DNA from: Candidatus Thorarchaeota archaeon
GTDB lineage: Archaea; Asgardarchaeota; Thorarchaeia; Thorarchaeales; Thorarchaeaceae
Reading direction: 5' to 3'
Length of the DNA stretch: 64,000 bases
Assembly: GCA_011364985.1 (NCBI GenBank)
Contig: RDOC01000003.1
Span: forward strand, 128,001-192,000
Part shown: positions 49,714 to 59,316 of the stretch, piece after piece
Numbering within the stretch: position 1 is the stretch's first letter
Layout of the letters: each line of letters starts with the position of its first letter
Position numbers and translations under genes: made by a program
The notes under the pieces: generated by a model
Seen by the model: the letters and a program-made list of their open reading frames with translations, nothing else
The model's database searches: none
What the model was told of the DNA's origin: nothing

Positions 49714-50898
49714 TCATACCAATGTTAAAGCAGCTGTAAACGTATCCCAATAAGTTGTTAGGTCAAAATTCTCCCATCGAGCTATTGACCCTCCGGTAGG
49801 TGGCCAAGGATCATACACAAGAAGTCCACGGAAGGTATACCAAGTTCCTAGACGAGATCTTGTATATCCAGCTACTGTTCTTGAGTGCCCAGGAATCCAA
49901 CTGATTAGTGGCCTATTTGCATTGATTTCCGATACAAACTCATTCCAATTTGCATTGGTATTTCTATTTCCAGTTAAGGCCTGACTTGTGAGATCTTGAA
50001 GAACAGTTACCACATCGTTTGCACGAGAATATGGAAGACCATTTGGATTGGCACGAGTCCCAAGTCCCAACTCTTGTGCAAGACGGTCTTGAGTGTAGTT
50101 GTATCTATAGAAATCGAGAATCATCTGAACACTGGCTGCGACACACCAAACATTTGTCAATTGCCCTCTTAGTTCATAACAAGGATGATGGTCATCATTG
50201 TTGGTACTGTAATGCAATTCACGAGAAATGAAGAGTGACACCACAAGTTCTGCCGGAGTTAGAATTCTTGTGAAATCGGCCAATCTAAGATACTCCGGGT
50301 TAAACATCCTATCACCAACTGGATGCTTCTTGTCCCAGAAATCAATTCGTTCTTTGAAAGATTTCTTATTCTTTACTCTCTTCGCGCTTGGTATTTCTCT
50401 CAAAAGGGACCATCGCTCGAAGTGCCCAGGAGGCACCCCTGGAGTCCTAGGCTTTTCATCCGGAACCTTCTCCCATGTGAACAGCTCCAACATCAGCACT
50501 TCTCTTCCTCTTTGAAGAAATTGGATTGCCAGTTTTGGATAGCTATACGCCACGAATCGAGTTTGGTTGAATTTCACTCGATGTTTTCGTTCAGCAATCT
50601 GTTTTCCTTCCTTCAGCAGTTTTGGGAAACTCCAATCTGGTCCGAGCTGTATTGCCATCAGTGGATGCCCCAATTCTGGATTGGCCGCAATATCTGCTTG
50701 GAATACTTGACGACCCTTCTTTACTGGCACGCGATATAATAGTAGCTCGCCGTTTGTATCATAAACAGGAGTTCCAGACGACTGAACCTTACCATTCTCA
50801 AAGAGTTGCTTCGGCAAGATGCCCGAGTGAAGGAGTGCATTGAGTTCTAGTCCTGCAATGCGTTTTATCATATCACGTTTCAACATTAGTCCTATCAA
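49714..50898 (-). CDS. Papain-fold cysteine peptidase (C39-like) with long N-terminal domain
   Basis: QLTNVWCVAASVQM (Q..C), GHSRTVAGY (H), VYDPW (D). Confidence 0.8.
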   Translation of the reverse strand: MIGLMLKRDMIKRIAGLELNALLHSGILPKQLFENGKVQSSGTPVYDTNGELLLYRVPVKKGRQVFQADIAANPELGHPLMAIQLGPDWSFPKLLKEGKQIAERKHRVKFNQTRFVAYSYPKLAIQFLQRGREVLMLELFTWEKVPDEKPRTPGVPPGHFERWSLLREIPSAKRVKNKKSFKERIDFWDKKHPVGDRMFNPEYLRLADFTRILTPAELVVSLFISRELHYSTNNDDHHPCYELRGQLTNVWCVAASVQMILDFYRYNYTQDRLAQELGLGTRANPNGLPYSRANDVVTVLQDLTSQALTGNRNTNANWNEFVSEINANRPLISWIPGHSRTVAGYTRSRLGTWYTFRGLLVYDPWPPTGGSIARWENFDLTTYWDTFTAALTLV

Positions 50899-51037
50899 AC
50901 CTCCGATTGTTTACATTTCTGTGTCCGAAAGAAACTCAAATTGGAAACCCCATACCTGAATTTCATCTGCCACGATAAGGTAAACAAACACAAATGATAC
51001 CATAGCATGTATTTATACCCTTTGATACTTATTTCAT

Positions 51038-51295
51038 ATTACTGTCATAGTGTTTCGTGACTCGAAAGATGAGAAGAAGATTGCTGAGAGCCTAGGCTTC
51101 CAAATAACGCTTGCACCAACAGCTGTGAAGTACTTCCCAAGAACCGAGAGAGTATCTGTGAATTGGGTTGCCATAACTACAACAAAGGAAGATGCAGAAC
51201 GCTGGGCTGACATCTGACCTCCAAATGATAAGCGAAAACGAGATGCTGTAGAGTTCTGGCTTAGAGAAGGAGCTGAGAAATGGCTTGATTCCTGA
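51038..51295 (+). pseudogene. 3' remnant of a paralog of the 56.7-58.7 kb LAGLIDADG-like gene
   Basis: DEKKIAESLG...KYFPRTERVSVNWVA...DI*PPNDKRKR aligns with DEIRIVRKLG...RYHERSGRVSVAWTA...MIAPSNDVIKR; internal TGA at 51215; missed by the ORF track. Confidence 0.8.
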
Positions 51296-51301
51296 AAGAA
51301 G

Positions 51302-51320
51302 TAGGAAGCGCCACCGGGAG
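51302..51320. repeat. 19-bp direct repeat copy 1 (tRNA-Asn 3' end; putative att)
   Basis: TAGGAAGCGCCACCGGGAG identical to 59298-59316. Confidence 0.85.
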
Positions 51321-51391
51321 AACTTGCTTCGGAACTATTATATGAACAAGAACAGAAATCGACTTGTTGGCGGGTTAGTTTCACACAAAAG

Positions 51392-52786
51392 ATGGGGCCT
51401 AATCATATGTTTGACTATTTTCGTTGGCAAGGAGTTCCCACCTATCCCTTGACTCAATCAGATAAACCTCGAACTGCAGTCTTCTGGGATGCTGAGAATG
51501 TTAGTGAGATCACAGGGGCCGATGTCGTAGAGAATTTCAATACTTGGTTGGAAAATGACTATGATATTAATGCGAAATTTGCATTTGCTGACTGGAGTGG
51601 CCCCTATAGAGAGGTTGCTAATGCGCTAAACAGAATTGGATTTGACTTCATTCACGTTCCTGACGATTTGAAGGATAGTACTGATTATCAAATGGCCGCC
51701 TACATGATTGATTGGCTTCTACGTTCACCAGAAACCTCCTCCTATGTGATTGTTTCTGGTGATGCAGGGTTCGCACTAATTATGAGAGCGCTGCAAAAAC
51801 AGGGAAAGAAGGTAACAGTGGTTAGTAATCCAGTAGTCACCCGACCGGAGTACATGATTTATGCTGATAGATACGAGGACATTGACCGATTCAAGCCAAA
51901 GGCATTGAGAATAGACCCTCTGAAAGACGAAAAGGGAAAGAAGCTGACACCCGACGAGCTGAAAGAGGTGGCTGTACTCAGATTGTTGGAAACCATTGCA
52001 AGACTAGAAGGAGAGAACAGACCGACATATGACAAATATGTCAAAGTAATGTTATCCAGATACAATCCAGATATTTCCTTTGGACGACCTGGCTCTTATA
52101 ATTGGGAGGAAGCAATTACTGAATCCCTTTTTGATGGATTGATTGTGCATGAAGGGCAAGGAGTCACCGCACAGCTTAAGCTGACTAAGAAAGGAGCTGA
52201 AATGAGCGAAGGCCGTTCGGCCTCCGTTGAGAGCGCCCTCGAAAAGCTGGGAGAGATTGTCGAAACAATGTATGAGAAGGGGCAGCACACAGGAATGGAA
52301 TCAGTAGTTCATGAGGTGAGGAAGGCCAAAATTGACTATGTGGATTTTGGCTTTCAGAAATTCGGCGACTTTTCAAGAGCTGCAGAAGGTCGCAATATAA
52401 TCAGAATAGAAACTAAAGAGAGCAGCACTCCTATTATCAAACCAGTTTATTCTGAAGAAAGGGCTCGGATTTGGTATGAAACAAACCTAGAGAACTACTT
52501 CGGAAAAGGAGCAAGAATACCCCAATCAAGATTTGTTCAGAGGACAATACAGTTTCTCTATCAGTATGATGCTGGTTTCTCAAAACTTGAGTCATATCTA
52601 AGCGATGAGAAAACACAGAAAAGCTATGATGCAATTCTTGAAAACAGCGGAGTTTCTTTCATTCCGCCATATGAAAAAGTTCTTCTCACGCTTCTACTGG
52701 GATTGGGCATAGATTGCCAAGAAGCACTTGAAATTGTAAACCGAGAATTGGCTCCGCTCGGTTATGAACTCAAGTGTCCGGAGTAG
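51392..52786 (+). CDS. NYN-domain ribonuclease with LOTUS/OST-HTH domains
   Basis: VFWDAEN, KDSTD, IVSGDAGF; IDYVDFGFQKFGDF LOTUS-like motif. Confidence 0.8.
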   Translation: MGPNHMFDYFRWQGVPTYPLTQSDKPRTAVFWDAENVSEITGADVVENFNTWLENDYDINAKFAFADWSGPYREVANALNRIGFDFIHVPDDLKDSTDYQMAAYMIDWLLRSPETSSYVIVSGDAGFALIMRALQKQGKKVTVVSNPVVTRPEYMIYADRYEDIDRFKPKALRIDPLKDEKGKKLTPDELKEVAVLRLLETIARLEGENRPTYDKYVKVMLSRYNPDISFGRPGSYNWEEAITESLFDGLIVHEGQGVTAQLKLTKKGAEMSEGRSASVESALEKLGEIVETMYEKGQHTGMESVVHEVRKAKIDYVDFGFQKFGDFSRAAEGRNIIRIETKESSTPIIKPVYSEERARIWYETNLENYFGKGARIPQSRFVQRTIQFLYQYDAGFSKLESYLSDEKTQKSYDAILENSGVSFIPPYEKVLLTLLLGLGIDCQEALEIVNRELAPLGYELKCPE

Positions 52787-52798
52787 ATAACTGCTTGG

Positions 52799-53617
52799 CT
52801 AGTCGGTCCGTGCTCTTGATTCTTCTTGCTTGAGAAATTCATCCAGGATTCGTACGGACTCACTCCTGTTGCGGAAATAATACACTATCAAGAAAGGAAT
52901 AATTAATCCTATACTGATTGCCCACACTAGTGGTTGACGTATTACTTGGCTAAGGAACGGCATATAGACAGGTTGGTTATTCAAAGTTGACAAAACAAGT
53001 AGTAGATTCCCAACATAGACCATAAGAGTGACATCAAATCCCTTTGGGACAGCCAAATCAAGCATTTCATTTAGTGTTATTCTTCGACCATCCTCTTCGT
53101 CAGTCAGAGCATATTTCCTTCTACTGCTTTTTTCAAGAGATTCGAACCAACGGTGGTGAAGATGCTTCGTGTACTTCTGAATATAGTAGACCGTTGGAGT
53201 GGATACCAAGAATAGTATAACTAAATCAACCATCCCAGGTTCTTGCACTGCAAAGAATAGAGAAGAAACCAAGAACCAGAAATATAGAGGTATTAGGGCG
53301 ACCAAGGTAGCAACTAATGTTAGGCCATAGATGTAAAGCAGCTGGCAAACCATCAATCTGAATGTGATCGACTTCCACTTTTTTGCCAATTCATACGAGA
53401 AAGAAAGTACTCCACCTATGATGAACACAACCAAACCCAGATTGAAGCTTAGTGCCAGATTATCAATCTGAAAAATCGCAAATGCTAGACTGGCCAGTTC
53501 AATTGCGAGGAAATAGATTCCAAAGTTCTCGTCGAAGTCCTCAACTCTTGAAGGGTCTGTTTGGGAGTTTATGAAGTCCCTTACTATTGCCACTTGCTTT
53601 GCTGTTGGTTTCATCAC
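52799..53617 (-). CDS. Multi-pass membrane protein of unknown function
   Basis: About six TM segments. Confidence 0.7.
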   Translation of the reverse strand: MMKPTAKQVAIVRDFINSQTDPSRVEDFDENFGIYFLAIELASLAFAIFQIDNLALSFNLGLVVFIIGGVLSFSYELAKKWKSITFRLMVCQLLYIYGLTLVATLVALIPLYFWFLVSSLFFAVQEPGMVDLVILFLVSTPTVYYIQKYTKHLHHRWFESLEKSSRRKYALTDEEDGRRITLNEMLDLAVPKGFDVTLMVYVGNLLLVLSTLNNQPVYMPFLSQVIRQPLVWAISIGLIIPFLIVYYFRNRSESVRILDEFLKQEESRARTD

Positions 53618-53934
53618 ATACCCCTTGCTTATCCTTATTTACTACACAGAGTCATATAAACAGGCACTTCAGAGATTATTGAAGCGACTTTGCTATTGAA
53701 CCAGTAAAGCTAGCATCCTATATTAACCAAAAGCTGCTTCGATGTGTGTGTAAAGAGTGCTCATAGGCCTTTATGTTATGTAAGGGATAATAAGATACGC
53801 TCGTTTTTGGGGGCGGGTGTTTAATTTACTTCTTTTGAAATTTTGATGATTATATACTGTGATTGGATTGACACCAAAGGAATTTGGATTCATGTAACAT
53901 AGAATTCTCACAGAGAAGATTGTAGAGGATAGTA

Positions 53935-56652
53935 TTGCAATTGTTTGGGCCATGGAAAGGAGAAGAATTAGTAGGAGCTCTAGAAGTGCTGGAGATTCCT
54001 GAAACATACATGTTGCAATCAGATTCGGGGAGTCAGCACCGTTCGTACGGCAAGTCATTCATAAGTATTTTACGAGGAATGATTCTAGCCAAAACGCCTG
54101 TAGCTCTACGTCTTGAACGAACTCACGGGAAGACTCGAGTACTGCTCTTGACATGGGCAAGAAACCAAGAAGATCTGCAAAGGTTTCTGGACTCACTCTC
54201 CTCGAACTTAGTAGCTCATCTTCCCAAGTTCAAACTGAAGCGGCATGAGTTATTCCAAGGATTTTCATCTCATCCAAACATCCAAGGCATTAATGCCTGT
54301 CTAGTGGGCGAGCCAGAAATCACAGAGGAAAAAGATGATTCGCCAAAACCAATGGATGTTGTTGGAGAGTGCATCCAGAACCTCTCAAATGCAATCCTTC
54401 AGGTCTTTGTCACTCCCACTAAAACCAATCGTGGCAAAGTGAGAGGTTTGGAACGCGCCTATGAACGGGCGATGGAACAGTCACAGCAGGTAGTTTCCGC
54501 TGCCAGCATGTTCTCGCCAGACATTCAACAGTCCACCACACGGGTTAGTGCTAGTGCTTCACGTGATGCTGAACGTCTTTCCAGACAGATCAAACGAATG
54601 AGTAGCCGTTACTTGGGAAAAGTGTCAGTTGTTGCGACCTGCTGGCACCAAGATAAGAGAGTTGCAGAAACAGAGGCCCGACGACTGCTGTCCGTTCTCA
54701 TGAGTAGCGTCACCCCTGCTGACAAGGAAGAAGACCTTCGAGTTGAGATTAAGAAGAAGGCCAAAGACTTTGAGAAGGCTCTGGCTGGAAGACCCATTGG
54801 GAAAGAAACCATTCTTGTCCCTGAGGAGATAGTCAACTACTTCACACTCCCACGTGTAGACATGGGAATCAAGGTGTCACGTCGAGAGGACTTCTCTACG
54901 GCGGGTATTGACCTAACGAAACTTGAGAACAATGAGAATGTGCCTCAGCCCAGTATCAGCCCGGCCCCTATGTCAGACTGGAAACCTAGGACAGCAACAA
55001 GATGGTCACCCGCAGAGGATGATACCATATGGAGATTCCCCCTTGAGAAGCTCCTTCTTCTTGGCTATGCAATTCGGAACAATGCACCTCAGAAACAGGA
55101 GCCCTATGGTCTTGTTCCACGAATTCTGGGCTCCCACGTCGGCATCTATGGGAACACCGGCTACGGCAAGACCACCACCGCCGTCACGCTCATTGCTCAG
55201 GCCTACAGGAACAATGTCATCCCAATCATTCTCACTCCCGGAAACGTTGACGACTGGCGAGTCCTTAGGGACCTCTACGATGAGTTTCGTATCTTTACTG
55301 CCGGAAATCCCGATGTGGCACCCCTGCGATACAACATGTGGAATGTCCCGGACGGTGTCCCCATTGGCAAGTACATCGATAGGATGGTGGACGTCCACAC
55401 CGCTGCTCTCCCAACAGACGGCGTCATCTCCATGCACTTTGACGATGTCTTCAACACTATGTACGAGAACTGTGGCTGGTCACGCATGGGGAACGTCCGA
55501 GGTCGTCCCATCCTGCTCTCGGACCTGTATGAGGCCGTACATGAGGTTGCGGACACTCACCTGAAGTACGGCGATGAGATGCGCAGGGACTTTCATGGTG
55601 CACTCGATGCGCGCCTTCGCAGCATTCTCAGAAACGACATTCTGGTGGACATGTTCAACACGCCCAGTGGGCTCACGATTCCCGAACTCCTCTCTCACCC
55701 GACCATCATTGAGACCCGTGACCTCTCTCCTGAAGACCGGGCGTTGCTTACTGGCGCCCTTACGGTGGGCATCAGCGAGTACCTCATTGCGAATCCGCGG
55801 AAGACGGTCAGTCATCTACTGGTCATTGAGGAGGCCCATCACTTCCTCAAGCGTCCACGAATGGCTGGAGGCTACGCTGAGCCCACCTCCCAGCAGAAGG
55901 CCACGGAGAACATCACTGAGATGCTACGGACTCAACGCGGGACCGGTCTAGGCCTTATGCTCATCGACCAACTTCCCAGCAGTCTTCCTCTGGACATTGT
56001 CAAGCTCCCCAGCAGTGTCATCATTCACACACTGACCGACGTGGAGGAGCGTACTCTGGTTGGCAGGCAAGCCCTGTGTAACGACGCGCAGATCGAGCAC
56101 ATTGGCGGCATGGGTATCGGGGAGATCGTGGCACGAGTGCAGACGCAGACCGTTCCGTCTAACGTGCAGGTGGTGCCGCTGGATTATGTACTCACGCAGC
56201 CTCTGCCCAAGCGCCCTTGGACCGATGCGATGATCAGGAGTGCGATGCGGCCGGTCTTCGAGGGCAATCCTCACCTCGACGAGAGTCATCCGCTCTCTGG
56301 GGAGCTTCGGGGCGCCCTGAAGGGCATCTCGGCGCCGGCACGTATGGAACTTCGCCCCGAGGCACAACTGGTCAGCCTGTCCAGCAGGCAGGAAACCGAC
56401 ATCTCGGAGATCGTCAACACGCCCGCCTTTGTCGATGCTTACTTGGACCGTGTGGGGCTGGCGTCGCAGGGTGACCCCGCTGCTGTGGCTCGGTTGCTGA
56501 CGGTGGTGGCCGGGAAGTTCTGCTCGGATGGGGTGCAGGTGGTTCCCTTCGCTGAGCGCCTTCTTCTGCATGCGGCAGGGATGCTTCAGGAGCCTCGAGA
56601 GACCGCCGTTCTTGGGGGGATTCTTCTGGCAATCAGGGGTACTAGTGTGTGA
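53935..56652 (+). CDS. HerA/FtsK/VirB4-superfamily ATPase (DUF87-like)
   Basis: HVGIYGNTGYGKTT Walker A, LLVIEEAH Walker B, EMLRTQRGTG, IDQLPS. Confidence 0.85.
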   Translation: MQLFGPWKGEELVGALEVLEIPETYMLQSDSGSQHRSYGKSFISILRGMILAKTPVALRLERTHGKTRVLLLTWARNQEDLQRFLDSLSSNLVAHLPKFKLKRHELFQGFSSHPNIQGINACLVGEPEITEEKDDSPKPMDVVGECIQNLSNAILQVFVTPTKTNRGKVRGLERAYERAMEQSQQVVSAASMFSPDIQQSTTRVSASASRDAERLSRQIKRMSSRYLGKVSVVATCWHQDKRVAETEARRLLSVLMSSVTPADKEEDLRVEIKKKAKDFEKALAGRPIGKETILVPEEIVNYFTLPRVDMGIKVSRREDFSTAGIDLTKLENNENVPQPSISPAPMSDWKPRTATRWSPAEDDTIWRFPLEKLLLLGYAIRNNAPQKQEPYGLVPRILGSHVGIYGNTGYGKTTTAVTLIAQAYRNNVIPIILTPGNVDDWRVLRDLYDEFRIFTAGNPDVAPLRYNMWNVPDGVPIGKYIDRMVDVHTAALPTDGVISMHFDDVFNTMYENCGWSRMGNVRGRPILLSDLYEAVHEVADTHLKYGDEMRRDFHGALDARLRSILRNDILVDMFNTPSGLTIPELLSHPTIIETRDLSPEDRALLTGALTVGISEYLIANPRKTVSHLLVIEEAHHFLKRPRMAGGYAEPTSQQKATENITEMLRTQRGTGLGLMLIDQLPSSLPLDIVKLPSSVIIHTLTDVEERTLVGRQALCNDAQIEHIGGMGIGEIVARVQTQTVPSNVQVVPLDYVLTQPLPKRPWTDAMIRSAMRPVFEGNPHLDESHPLSGELRGALKGISAPARMELRPEAQLVSLSSRQETDISEIVNTPAFVDAYLDRVGLASQGDPAAVARLLTVVAGKFCSDGVQVVPFAERLLLHAAGMLQEPRETAVLGGILLAIRGTSV

Positions 56653-56661
56653 GTGGTTCGC

Positions 56662-58713
56662 ATGGCGGGACGTATCGAGAGCAGGGGCCGCGGTGAGAGG
56701 TCTGAGATACGGGATGCTGGCAGTGATGTGCGGGAGCTTCGGGAGGTACGGGACGCGGAGGAGGTTCAGGTTGAAACCGGGGAGGATGAGCATGCCGTTG
56801 AGCGGATTGAGCGGAGCGATGCGCAGGAACCCGTGGAGCGGAGGGTCGTTGATGCGATTCAGGAACTGGATGCTGAGGAAGGGCGTGAGAGCGACACGCG
56901 GAAACGGATTGCTGGTGCCCTCAGGGAGCTGGAGGAGATAGAGGGCGGGTCCGTCAGGGACAGGGTCGAGCGGGCAGTTGCGGAGGTCAAGGAGGAAGTT
57001 GAGAAACCGGACATTCCTCCTGAGAAGGACTTTGAGGATGCAAGAGAGGTAGTAGAGAGAGCCAAGGAGGTTGAAGAGGCAAACGTAGAGGCCAAGGAGG
57101 AAGAGAGTAGGGTATCAGAGTCGTCACCCAGAGAGGCGTTTGAGGATTCATCAGAACAACGGGCGGAGGGGGAGAAGCGCAAGGGGCTTGAGAGGGTTCC
57201 CGATGAACAGGTGCGCGAAACCTTCTCGGAGTTGGAATCGAAGGAGGGTGAACCACGAAGCTGGGCTTCGGAGGAGATTGCAGAAGGGCTGAAGCGGCTC
57301 GCTCCGGAAGACGCAGAGGTTTCTCGGGTCTATTGTGCAGACATTCGAGAGGGATTGGGCCTGACGCCGGAGGAGGTCGAGTCCTTCACGAATGAGTTTC
57401 AGCAGGCGAAGGAGGCACTTGAGGCAGAGGGGGAGGTTCGATGTGGCATGGTGGATGAGAAGGTCTACATTTGGAGGCCAGACTTGGACCCAACCCAGCT
57501 TGAGAATGCTTATGGCAATCTCTACTACTATTTCCGTGATGAAGAAGCATTTGAGAAGTATATCTGGGATATTGCGTGTCCTCTGGGAATTGAGGGGGAT
57601 GATGAGAAGCAGAACATTGAACATCTTCAGAAGCTAGCCTCTCAGATGTTGACTGAGCCTACGAGTGAATACTGCGTGAATCCTAGACTCAATCGTATTC
57701 GTGGAGATCATGTCCATTTTTTTAATAATTTGTCTGGAAAGACACTGTCTGAGTTGGAAGGTGAGATTTCAAAGATCACTAAGAAGGGTGGTCGAGGAGG
57801 AATTAGGAATCCGAGGTTTCCTGAAGGCGAGGAGTTGGAGATTGCATTGGCTCGCCTTACTGCTGTCGCTGTCAGCGATTGCCACCTGAAAGCAAATGGA
57901 ACCCTTGAGTATGCTGAGGGGGAGATAAGTCGGATACGTATAGTTGAGAGAGATCTTCAGGTGTTTGGAGATATTAGAATGAATCCAAAGTTAAAAGAGA
58001 GAGAGAATTTCTATGAAGTCTTCTTGCCTTCTCCATTCGGAATCGTGTTATTACACCTAGGAATACCTTCAGGTGACCGGACGGTCCAGAATCCAGGGCT
58101 TTATCCGGAACTTAGGGAGTTCTCAGTAAAGGCCCAGTGTGGATTTATTGAGAATCTAATCCCTCAAGATGGAACCATTAGCAGAAAGAATGTTCAGTGG
58201 ACTCACTCAAACGCCCTACATGCAGGCGATAAAACAGAAATCTATGGAATCGAGCCCAAAGTGGGGCGCAAAGAAATCAATTTGATAATTGAAGAGGGGA
58301 AGAGAGAGAAACACAGTTGGGTACTTAATTACGGAAAACTGGAAGAGCTTAGACAATCTGATTCAGATAATCTTAGACATATTGCAGACAGTCTATGGAA
58401 CATTGTTTATGAAAATCCCAACCGACTAGTTGAGGATGAGATAAGAATTGTTAGAAAGTTGGGTGTAAATTATAATGCAAAACCATACACAATCCGATAT
58501 CATGAGAGGAGTGGGCGGGTTTCTGTTGCTTGGACAGCAGAACCAGAGAGTGTTCTTGAATCAATCAAGCTAGCGATGATTGCCCCTTCTAATGATGTAA
58601 TTAAAAGACAGATCATGAGGGATTTGATTGCAAATCATCCTAAATACATGAGAAGAGCACTTCGGCAATTCGAAAAGAACGGTATAGAGGTTTATCAGTG
58701 GTGGACATCATGA
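56662..58713 (+). CDS. Protein with Glu-rich N-terminus and LAGLIDADG-like (DOD-type) C-terminal region
   Basis: LARLTAVAVSDCHL and FIENLIPQDGTI resemble the two LAGLIDADG helices, with LLHLGIPSGDRT between; ATG at 56662 (track start GTG 56653). Confidence 0.6.
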   Translation: MAGRIESRGRGERSEIRDAGSDVRELREVRDAEEVQVETGEDEHAVERIERSDAQEPVERRVVDAIQELDAEEGRESDTRKRIAGALRELEEIEGGSVRDRVERAVAEVKEEVEKPDIPPEKDFEDAREVVERAKEVEEANVEAKEEESRVSESSPREAFEDSSEQRAEGEKRKGLERVPDEQVRETFSELESKEGEPRSWASEEIAEGLKRLAPEDAEVSRVYCADIREGLGLTPEEVESFTNEFQQAKEALEAEGEVRCGMVDEKVYIWRPDLDPTQLENAYGNLYYYFRDEEAFEKYIWDIACPLGIEGDDEKQNIEHLQKLASQMLTEPTSEYCVNPRLNRIRGDHVHFFNNLSGKTLSELEGEISKITKKGGRGGIRNPRFPEGEELEIALARLTAVAVSDCHLKANGTLEYAEGEISRIRIVERDLQVFGDIRMNPKLKERENFYEVFLPSPFGIVLLHLGIPSGDRTVQNPGLYPELREFSVKAQCGFIENLIPQDGTISRKNVQWTHSNALHAGDKTEIYGIEPKVGRKEINLIIEEGKREKHSWVLNYGKLEELRQSDSDNLRHIADSLWNIVYENPNRLVEDEIRIVRKLGVNYNAKPYTIRYHERSGRVSVAWTAEPESVLESIKLAMIAPSNDVIKRQIMRDLIANHPKYMRRALRQFEKNGIEVYQWWTS

Positions 58714-59300
58714 ATATGAATGAGATGATACAAAAAGCTGCTGGGATTGTTACAAACATACTTGCAAGGATTGAATCACGGCAATTGCCCCTGAAAGATG
58801 TGAAGATTAGAGTGAGTGAGAAACTGGAGGGGGCAGACGATATTAATGCGACTGTGGATAAAGCAATAGAGTGGGCACTAGATAATTGGATAGTGGATAA
58901 GGTCTTGGACTATGATGAGGATGACGAGGAATTTGCTGGAGAGCTAGTATGGTTCCTACGTGCAACAACAGAAGAAGAAGCCGAGTATCTAGGTCGCTTG
59001 TCGAAAGCAGAGCATGCTCTACTAAATATCCTGAGAAATGCTGAAAACGAAAGCAGACTAGGAGTAATTCGGGCAAATGAAGCTCTTCAGAGATTGCGTA
59101 AACTAGGGTTTGATTTAAAGTCTGCACCATCTATTATTGGAAAGACAAGTAGTTTCTTCAGGCCGGAGAATGGAAAGCTGATTGAGTTCAAATATCTACT
59201 TTCTGAAGAAGAGAAATCTGAGGAGTATGTAACAGCTCTGAAAGAACTTGATGAGAAAGAACGCAGGAAACAAGAACGTTTGGATAGGATGAATGAATAG
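58698..59300 (+). CDS. Hypothetical protein (winged-helix-like), translationally coupled to the upstream gene
   Basis: ATG at 58710 overlaps the upstream TGA; its stop lies within the 19-bp repeat. Confidence 0.7.
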   Translation: MVDIMNMNEMIQKAAGIVTNILARIESRQLPLKDVKIRVSEKLEGADDINATVDKAIEWALDNWIVDKVLDYDEDDEEFAGELVWFLRATTEEEAEYLGRLSKAEHALLNILRNAENESRLGVIRANEALQRLRKLGFDLKSAPSIIGKTSSFFRPENGKLIEFKYLLSEEEKSEEYVTALKELDEKERRKQERLDRMNE

Positions 59301-59316
59301 GAAGCGCCACCGGGAG
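59298..59316. repeat. 19-bp direct repeat copy 2 (overlaps the tRNA-Asn 3' end)
   Basis: Identical to 51302-51320. Confidence 0.85.

Larger units (their letters stand above)
51302..59316. mobile_element. Putative ~8-kb element integrated at the tRNA-Asn 3' end; no recognisable integrase
   Basis: Bounded by 19-bp direct repeats of the tRNA 3' end; atypical composition; HerA/VirB4-like ATPase and LAGLIDADG-like gene. Confidence 0.6.

Noticed and set aside
51215-51217. In-frame TGA as possible selenocysteine
   Set aside because: It lies in a 5'-truncated relic, aligns with Ala in the intact paralog, and no SECIS-like hairpin was recognised
55948-56793. 281-aa ORF and other long antisense ORFs in the GC-rich segment
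   Set aside because: Shadows of the ATPase operon caused by high GC; no motifs
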